From IMG/VR virus record IMGVR_UViG_2747842453_000002, positions 32,001-96,000 of that record: DNA of 64,000 nt. The stretch is one strand, 5' to 3'. The DNA comes from a virus (taxonomy: Duplodnaviria > Caudoviricetes). The translations under genes and the position numbers were made by a program. How positions within the stretch are numbered: position 1 is the first letter of the stretch; each line of letters begins with the position of its first letter. The notes beneath the pieces were generated by a model. It did no database searches. It saw only the letters and a program-made list of their open reading frames with translations, and had not been told where the DNA came from. Below, piece by piece: positions 57,180-64,000 of the stretch.

Positions 57180-58271
57180 TTAAAAAATAATACCATCTTC
57201 AGATTCAATTGATATAATATCCCAATTATCACCCAAATAATGCGTTTCCGACATACGACTCACCGTTTCAATATTATTATTGACAATATTCGTTGGTTGC
57301 ATACTTTTAATAGTAGTTAAAAATTCTTGATTTACGACTTTTCCTATCTGGTAGTTATTGAATATGTTTCTGTTTTGTAACTCAAAATGTTCAATCCAAT
57401 GATTAAATCCAGTACTATTATAGAGATAATTATAATTATCATTATAGTCTATTTCAAATGTTCCATCAATTATCATCATATTACTAATATCCCAAGCAGT
57501 AGGATCATCAAATTGAAAATATGCAGTTAGATAATCTTTTCCTAAAATCTTTTTAAGAGCATACACGTTATATTCAGAACCTTGAAATGCAAATTGTGAG
57601 AAGTCTGGTTGCACCATTTCTTCATAAAATTTCTCATGCCATCCGCCATCTACCGTTTTGCCATCAATATCAAATACTAAACAACCATTGTTTCTATCAA
57701 GTTCATTTGCTCTGGAAGAACGTAGATATGCAGATTCGTAAAAATGTATATATGAATTTATTTTCTCTAACGCATTAAAAAATTCATCATTTTTATCATC
57801 CGATAATTGATAAAAATCTTCAAGTGTTGGATGATTTAGAATAAAATCAGATATTTCATAATGTGTTACTCCATTTTTCTTCATATCGAAGATATCTTTT
57901 TGTAACTTTTTACTTAAATACGGAGTTTTATATTTCGTAATCATGCTTGTTGTAAATCCACGATGTAAATAATTAGTCGTTTCCCATGACATACCAATGT
58001 AAGCATACCCTATCCATTTTCTGCCTGAAATTTTTTCTATGGTACGTATTGCTGTATTGATTTGGTCAACGATCATCTTAGCATGTTCAGTATAATTGGG
58101 AGAATGGTCACCTTGCTGTAACAATATTGCATGGTCTCTTGTCCATCTGGCAATATGCCGATTATTAATAAAAGCACGATACCAAGAGTCCACAAATTCA
58201 TTTTGTAGAAGTTCAATTTTAACAGACAAATGATTTTTAAATTTTATGTTAATCCACTTTGGTGTTGTCAT
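57180..58271 (-). CDS. Hypothetical protein
   Basis: 363-aa ORF translationally coupled to the upstream gene. Confidence 0.7.
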   Translation of the reverse strand: MTTPKWINIKFKNHLSVKIELLQNEFVDSWYRAFINNRHIARWTRDHAILLQQGDHSPNYTEHAKMIVDQINTAIRTIEKISGRKWIGYAYIGMSWETTNYLHRGFTTSMITKYKTPYLSKKLQKDIFDMKKNGVTHYEISDFILNHPTLEDFYQLSDDKNDEFFNALEKINSYIHFYESAYLRSSRANELDRNNGCLVFDIDGKTVDGGWHEKFYEEMVQPDFSQFAFQGSEYNVYALKKILGKDYLTAYFQFDDPTAWDISNMMIIDGTFEIDYNDNYNYLYNSTGFNHWIEHFELQNRNIFNNYQIGKVVNQEFLTTIKSMQPTNIVNNNIETVSRMSETHYLGDNWDIISIESEDGIIF

Positions 58272-60310
58272 TTTTTTACGATTCCATTAAAATCATTTAT
58301 ATTACATTCCAATGTATATACTTGTGTATCAAAACTCATATCTTGCCGACGCACTTCATCGTTTAATACTCTTGGATCCTCTCTAGTAGTTTCATGTTTA
58401 AATCTATGCTCAACTTTAAAAGTAAGTTGTTCATTTTCATCAACCCGCATATTAATAGTTCCCCAATATGGACTTACAATAAATCCTCCAAACTCGGACA
58501 GGTCGTCATCTAAATCATGATGCATATTTAATTCAAATGCACCATATGTTTTATATAGAATCCAAGCAAATGGCAAATATTCATTTGCTAAACTTGCACT
58601 AAATTGTAATTTCTCAGTGTCGCCGCTGAAATAGTCAAATGATTGTCCAGTTTCTTGTGGAACATAATCTACAAAATCATCATTGGTTAATTGTTTAAAA
58701 TCAAAAAATTGTGTTAGACCAGGTCGATACTGTGCATTTTTTACTGTTCCATCTGCGATATTCACAGCAAGATATAACCAAATCTGCATAAACTTTAATC
58801 TAATAAATCTATGTAAAATAGTATTAGCATAATCTTCTGTATACCAATTACTCATAAATGTATTATCCCATGGTTTGTCTATCCATTGTAATTTATAATC
58901 TGCCCAATTAACATTCAGGTCACTAAATGGCGCATCTCCGCATGTCATTCCAGGACTAATTGCAAACATCCATTTTCTTGTGTTATGTAAAACATGTAAA
59001 CTATGCAGAAATTCGGCTGGACCTTCAGTAGGAAATCCTACAACCCAGTTAACGTGATTCTTCATACCAACTTTAGCACCATCACGTAGATTATTTTCAA
59101 TTTCCCAAACTTTTACCTTTTTCTTCATATCGTCTAAAACTTTTTCACTGCCACTTTCGACTCCGAAACTTAGACTCATACATCCACTATCAGCAATCTT
59201 CTGAAATAGTTCTAAATCCATCCGTCCATCACAACGTGCGTAACTATTCCACCTGATATCAAGTTTTTTATCTACAATCATGTTTACGAGATTTTTGAAT
59301 TCTTTAAATGCACCATTCGCAAGACTGTCTACAAACCAGAACCGACGAGTACCATATGTATCTATTTGATATTGCATTTCATCAATGACACGATCACTTG
59401 TTCTAAATCTATATTTCCAAAACCAGGTTTCAGCACAGAAACTGCACTTAGCAACACAGCCTCTGCTAGTCTCAATACTTGCTCCTTCCGGATGTTGATA
59501 TAGATTTAAGTCATAATCACTGTAATCTGGAAATGGCAATTGATTTAAATCTAGTTTACTCTGAAAACCACCAAATGTAACCATCTCTTTATTCATTGGA
59601 AGTTCTTTATAGTTTTCTAATAATGTTAATAGTTCTTGTTCACCTTCGCCCGTAACACGATAATCAATAATTCCGGATTTAAAATCAAGTGTTGAATAAA
59701 TTAGATCCTCAAACCAATCATTAAACGCTTCTGGTCCACCTACTACAATCTTAGTTGATGGACTGCGTTCTTTAATTTTTTCAATCATGTACATTGTACT
59801 CAACAGGTTGGTCAAGTATACACTAAATCCAACTATGTCATCGCCTTGTTCAATAATTCTATCAATGCATTCATCTAATTTAGGTTTAATAATTGGAAAA
59901 ACTTCATCATCATAAACAGGGCGCTCCCATGCGAAATAATACCTACTTTCCCAATAATCTTTATCATGATTTTCTTTACAATAATGATAGCACTCAACGT
60001 TTAAGTCATAGACATTGACACGATATCCATAATGTCTAAGTAAACCACTGAGTCTTGCAATATTATATGGAGGAAAAATAATTCCCCATGCTGGTGCAAT
60101 AATCATGGAAATTCCATCATTACTTTCATATGGGTTTACTTCAGTGTAATAATTATATCCTCGTGGGTGTACTTTATTTTGTACTACTGGTATTCTTTCA
60201 GTATCACCCAGATGACTTTCAGCATGATCTATTCGATCTTGCTCAATAAGTTTTTTAATAACCTCATCACGATCTTCGCTTTCAAAGATTATATCTTTAT
60301 TTTTAGCCAT
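58268..60310 (-). CDS. B12-binding (class B) radical SAM protein
   Basis: VGFS, VVGGP, GEGE, TSRGCVAKCSFC, GVESGS and VGFPTE. Confidence 0.9.
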   Translation of the reverse strand: MAKNKDIIFESEDRDEVIKKLIEQDRIDHAESHLGDTERIPVVQNKVHPRGYNYYTEVNPYESNDGISMIIAPAWGIIFPPYNIARLSGLLRHYGYRVNVYDLNVECYHYCKENHDKDYWESRYYFAWERPVYDDEVFPIIKPKLDECIDRIIEQGDDIVGFSVYLTNLLSTMYMIEKIKERSPSTKIVVGGPEAFNDWFEDLIYSTLDFKSGIIDYRVTGEGEQELLTLLENYKELPMNKEMVTFGGFQSKLDLNQLPFPDYSDYDLNLYQHPEGASIETSRGCVAKCSFCAETWFWKYRFRTSDRVIDEMQYQIDTYGTRRFWFVDSLANGAFKEFKNLVNMIVDKKLDIRWNSYARCDGRMDLELFQKIADSGCMSLSFGVESGSEKVLDDMKKKVKVWEIENNLRDGAKVGMKNHVNWVVGFPTEGPAEFLHSLHVLHNTRKWMFAISPGMTCGDAPFSDLNVNWADYKLQWIDKPWDNTFMSNWYTEDYANTILHRFIRLKFMQIWLYLAVNIADGTVKNAQYRPGLTQFFDFKQLTNDDFVDYVPQETGQSFDYFSGDTEKLQFSASLANEYLPFAWILYKTYGAFELNMHHDLDDDLSEFGGFIVSPYWGTINMRVDENEQLTFKVEHRFKHETTREDPRVLNDEVRRQDMSFDTQVYTLECNINDFNGIVKK

Positions 60311-61533
60311 TGGTCTCTATACTCCGCTAATTTAGGATGTACCAATCCTATATCTTGATTACGTATCTGATCATATTTAACTGTTCGTTTTGCCCAGTTA
60401 AGTCTACGGGCATCTAGGTCATCAAATTTACTCCGAAGTCTGAATACCGTTGCATCCATTCTGCATTGTGTTTTTCTATACTCAGGTAGGGTTTCAACTC
60501 GCTGTTCGATCTGATCAGCAATTTTCATTCTATCATCGTGTGGAATTATGTCTATGCTCATATCTTCTGGCCAATTCACATGATTAAAAACTAATATATT
60601 ATTGCTATGTTCTTCATGTTCTTTCCAAAAGTCAATAATATTAGGTAAATCAAAAACATTATAGGCTTGAACTGTACTCAATATATTTACTGTGCTTACA
60701 CTACTAATATTCCTGTACATATGATAATTAGTTTCAATAGTATTCCACTCGCTCGGATGACGTATATAATCATTTGTATATCCTATGCCATCAATGCTAT
60801 ATTGAATATCAACACTATCAAACTTTTCTAACCAGTTAATTACTTTACCTTTTCCTCTGGTACCATTGGTTGTTATATCTAAATGTAAATGTGTATTACC
60901 AGAATCAACGCACCATTTAAGAAATTTAATAACACCAGGCATGAATAATGGTTCGCCGCCTGCCAACTTTATGGTTTTTATATGAGGAATAAGTGCTTGT
61001 AAACTTTCATACATAGTTGGATTATTAATCCACTCTTGTAATTCAAACCAACTTTCGCCAGTTACTTCTTCTAATTCTGGATGCTTTTTGTGTTCATCTG
61101 CAAACGTACTACTAACTGCAACAAAGCACATTCTACATCCTAGATTACAAAATCTACCAGGACGCAAATCTAACCACAATGGTTTTTCTGTTGTATTACC
61201 AGTCTCTACTGAAATATCCCAATCATGCGTTGGCGCTTTAAAGTAATTATTATGTGCCCATCTATCACTGCCGCCTCCTTTTTCATCTAATGCATAGCAC
61301 ATATGACATGCCTTAATTGGTTTTCCATCAATCATATCTTGTCTAATTTTTTGATATGCAGGACTATTCCAAATTTCTTCAAATGTTTTATCAGTTAAAT
61401 CTTCAAATAAACTTTCTCTCCAGTCGGCAACACAGCATAATTTTGCAGCGTTATCTGTACTCAAATGCATATGCGTAAATGGCAGCACACAAAAGTGTTT
61501 ATTATCTTTTACCTGTTGTTGCCAATTTGACAT
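60289..61533 (-). CDS. Radical SAM protein with N-terminal Twitch/SPASM-like domain
   Basis: FCVLPF..LCC..CHMC; CNLGCRMC; GGEP; TTNG. Confidence 0.9.
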   Translation of the reverse strand: MSNWQQQVKDNKHFCVLPFTHMHLSTDNAAKLCCVADWRESLFEDLTDKTFEEIWNSPAYQKIRQDMIDGKPIKACHMCYALDEKGGGSDRWAHNNYFKAPTHDWDISVETGNTTEKPLWLDLRPGRFCNLGCRMCFVAVSSTFADEHKKHPELEEVTGESWFELQEWINNPTMYESLQALIPHIKTIKLAGGEPLFMPGVIKFLKWCVDSGNTHLHLDITTNGTRGKGKVINWLEKFDSVDIQYSIDGIGYTNDYIRHPSEWNTIETNYHMYRNISSVSTVNILSTVQAYNVFDLPNIIDFWKEHEEHSNNILVFNHVNWPEDMSIDIIPHDDRMKIADQIEQRVETLPEYRKTQCRMDATVFRLRSKFDDLDARRLNWAKRTVKYDQIRNQDIGLVHPKLAEYRDQWLKIKI

Positions 61534-63181
61534 CTTTTTTCCTCATTTCCTTAGCAGTACAAAACTGAACCATTTTATATATATCTTCCAAACTTTCTTT
61601 CCAATTTTCTTTTCTTATTTCATCTAATTTCTTTCCTGAAGCGAAAAATGTTTTCCATTGTGATGGGTCATCTTCTACTGAATTCATATGTGTTAATACT
61701 GCTTCAAGACGGGTCTCTGTAAGACTTAACCATGCGTTATCATCCGGCCATTTCTTTCTAATATCAACATAAAATTTACGATAACGATTTGTGATATATG
61801 ATTTCATTGATTTAGGAATATTTTGAGTGTTTAAATAATCTGGTCCATATAAGTTATGAACAATGATATTACTATCGATGGTATTCCAGTTTTGTTCACG
61901 CATCCACCATTGCATATCTAACAAATGTAACACATTCATAATACTGACTGTCATTGTTACGCTTGCTTTAAGATTTGTAAATTCATTATTGTCAATACGT
62001 TTCATATTCTTATAAGCAGTATTCCATTTTCCAGGATATCTGATATACTCAAAATGTTCATATATACCATCAATGCTCATTCCCAAATTAACTTCCTTAA
62101 ATTTCTTCCACTGTTTAAATATAGCACCTGGTACACCAGCCATATTAGTATTGTAGTCTAAAATTAAATCTTTGGCATATCCATTATCTATCGTATACTG
62201 CAGTAACTCTCTATGTGTATGATTTATAGTAGGTTCTCCGCCAGTAAAATAAAATCTTTTTATATTTGAAATTTCATTTTTTATATTTGAAACTAAGTCA
62301 GTTTTGTCAAACCATTCAAATGGAGAATCTTTAACAATTGCAGAACCGTTTTCATCTGTTTCAATAGTAACATCTCCTATTCCACGATTAAAAAATGTAT
62401 TCTTACCTGTAAACTTCTCCCAATCTTTATACCATAAATTACTATCTGTTGGTCCACAACTACGGCATGCTAAGTTACACTTATTACCAAATCTTAGATC
62501 CCAATGTTCAATAGGAAAATCTTCATGATTTATAGAACCATCTTCTGCAGTATTCAAAATTGCATTATCAAAAGTTTGATTAAATGCTTGATTGGTCCAA
62601 GTTCGTCTACTACCGATACCATTATCTTCCTCATCCCAACATAACTTGCATATCTCCGAACGTTGCCCACTAAGCATTTCTTTTCTTAACTTTTTCCATG
62701 CTGTGGAATTTCTATGTTCCGATATGTTATCAGTTGTCGTAAGCGCAGTGCCGTCATCTTTAAAGACAGTGCCATATGCCTCTTCACCATCAAAGCCTTG
62801 ATTATTAATCATCTGACAACACATTCTGACTGTGCCATTTGCATTTGTACTAACATGATTCCATGGCACTGCACAGAATGACTTTCTTCTTCCATCATCT
62901 TTCTTCGCAATCATCACTGATCGCATAGCATGTAGTTCATCTACAGTGTAATCAAATTTAACCGATATAGATTTAATCAATTTGTCATCTATATGTGTGG
63001 CAATTAATGTTCCTAAAACAACTGACTTATCTAAATCATGTTCAACAACGCTCTCTAACACATCCTTGGGACACTCTGGATCTTGAACCATATCAATTCT
63101 CTGTTCAGATGTTCTAAATACTGACAAGTCAAATTTATTATCAGTATCAATTTCCTCATATTTTAATCCATCATCATTCAT
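61502..63181 (-). CDS. Radical SAM protein with N-terminal extension and Twitch/SPASM-like domain
   Basis: FCAVPW..MCC..CKLC; CNLACRSC; TGGEP. Confidence 0.9.
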   Translation of the reverse strand: MNDDGLKYEEIDTDNKFDLSVFRTSEQRIDMVQDPECPKDVLESVVEHDLDKSVVLGTLIATHIDDKLIKSISVKFDYTVDELHAMRSVMIAKKDDGRRKSFCAVPWNHVSTNANGTVRMCCQMINNQGFDGEEAYGTVFKDDGTALTTTDNISEHRNSTAWKKLRKEMLSGQRSEICKLCWDEEDNGIGSRRTWTNQAFNQTFDNAILNTAEDGSINHEDFPIEHWDLRFGNKCNLACRSCGPTDSNLWYKDWEKFTGKNTFFNRGIGDVTIETDENGSAIVKDSPFEWFDKTDLVSNIKNEISNIKRFYFTGGEPTINHTHRELLQYTIDNGYAKDLILDYNTNMAGVPGAIFKQWKKFKEVNLGMSIDGIYEHFEYIRYPGKWNTAYKNMKRIDNNEFTNLKASVTMTVSIMNVLHLLDMQWWMREQNWNTIDSNIIVHNLYGPDYLNTQNIPKSMKSYITNRYRKFYVDIRKKWPDDNAWLSLTETRLEAVLTHMNSVEDDPSQWKTFFASGKKLDEIRKENWKESLEDIYKMVQFCTAKEMRKKDVKLATTGKR

Positions 63182-63929
63182 TTGGCTGTCCTAATTTATT
63201 ATTATTTTCTATCCAACGATTCGTTATGCCAATCGCTTTATCAGTGTCCAATTTTGGTACTATTTTTTTTATTTTTTGCCAGAATATGGTAGAATCTTTA
63301 TCTAAGTTATCAGAATCAACAACATGTAAATTCTTAAAAGTTCTTACATACTTTGGTAAAAAAGTTATGTATGTATTTATTAAAGATTCTTTATGGTCTT
63401 CTTTAAGGACATTTATGTCACTGGTGTGCTTCAATCGTATGTTTTTATTTTTAACAATCGATGAGTGATGTGTGTCATATGAAACAGGATTTTTATAATT
63501 ATTAGATTCTAACAAATCATTTAATAGTGCATAAAGTTCATGTCTCCAAACCCAATCAAATTTTTTTGTTTCATCTATCATAAATTGTTGTTGTTTTTCT
63601 GACAGTGTAGTAGAAATTGTTGAGTTTATAAAATCAACAGTAATAGGACAATCTACTTTTACCGCTAACTTTTTTATCGCTAGATCGGCAAAATAGTCTA
63701 TTGAATCTTTTTTAGGAAATGCTAAGTCAATATAAATTATCGTAATATCTGGTAAATATCTTTTATAAAATTCTATAGAATTATTGCTTGGATGGTCTTT
63801 TACAATAATTCGTTTTTTAATAGAAACGAAATCACCCTTGTATCTTGTTTCAATACCATTCTCAAATTTAGTTATATCTTCTACTAAATCCATATATCGT
63901 AACGCACATATTGAATGATATTGATTCAC
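63174..63929 (-). CDS. Hypothetical protein
   Basis: 251-aa ORF with GTG start, coupled to the downstream radical SAM gene. Confidence 0.6.
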   Translation of the reverse strand: MNQYHSICALRYMDLVEDITKFENGIETRYKGDFVSIKKRIIVKDHPSNNSIEFYKRYLPDITIIYIDLAFPKKDSIDYFADLAIKKLAVKVDCPITVDFINSTISTTLSEKQQQFMIDETKKFDWVWRHELYALLNDLLESNNYKNPVSYDTHHSSIVKNKNIRLKHTSDINVLKEDHKESLINTYITFLPKYVRTFKNLHVVDSDNLDKDSTIFWQKIKKIVPKLDTDKAIGITNRWIENNNKLGQPNE

Positions 63930-64000
63930 ATTTTTATTTACCCACGTGTATATGTCTTCAAATTGATCACAGCATGTACTAAGTGTATGAGCAATGTGTT

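Noticed and set aside
1-64000. tRNA, rRNA or riboswitch genes
   Set aside because: Intergenic gaps are short and accounted for by promoters and terminators. No cloverleaf or T-loop signature was noticed by eye; a covariance-model scan would be needed to exclude them.

Overview
AT-rich fragment of a large, T4-superfamily-like dsDNA myovirus (probably a marine jumbo phage). An alphaproteobacterial host is inferred from an RpoD-like module and from GANTC-containing promoters. Layout: (1) 1-15.3 kb + strand, late module: tail-fibre/LamG/beta-propeller proteins and a set of modular, probably head-packaged polyvalent proteins. (2) 15.4-36.1 kb + strand, replication and early genes: DsbA/GapR-like protein, family B DNA polymerase, N6-adenine MTase, autotransporter-like protein, sliding clamp, queE remnant, RNase H, phosphomannomutase, SbmA/BacA transporter, MoxR ATPase + vWA peptidase, HNH nuclease, ThyA. 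(3) 36.1-64 kb - strand, a ~28 kb tailoring-enzyme cluster: nine radical SAM enzymes, carbamoyltransferase, glycosyl-, methyl- and sulfotransferase-like proteins, 2OG-oxygenase, nitroreductase and a TctA/TctC transporter, interrupted by a small + strand early-gene island. The most notable signals are: polyproteins built from cassettes separated by hydrophobic-X-E putative head-protease sites, with DNA direct repeats at some cassette borders and an embedded RpoD region-4 mimic; four early promoters with a position-invariant CGAATC (GcrA/CcrM-type methylation motif) in the spacer; and the radical SAM megacluster. All functional calls come from motif recognition by eye; no database searches were run. 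No tRNA, rRNA or CRISPR array was seen.
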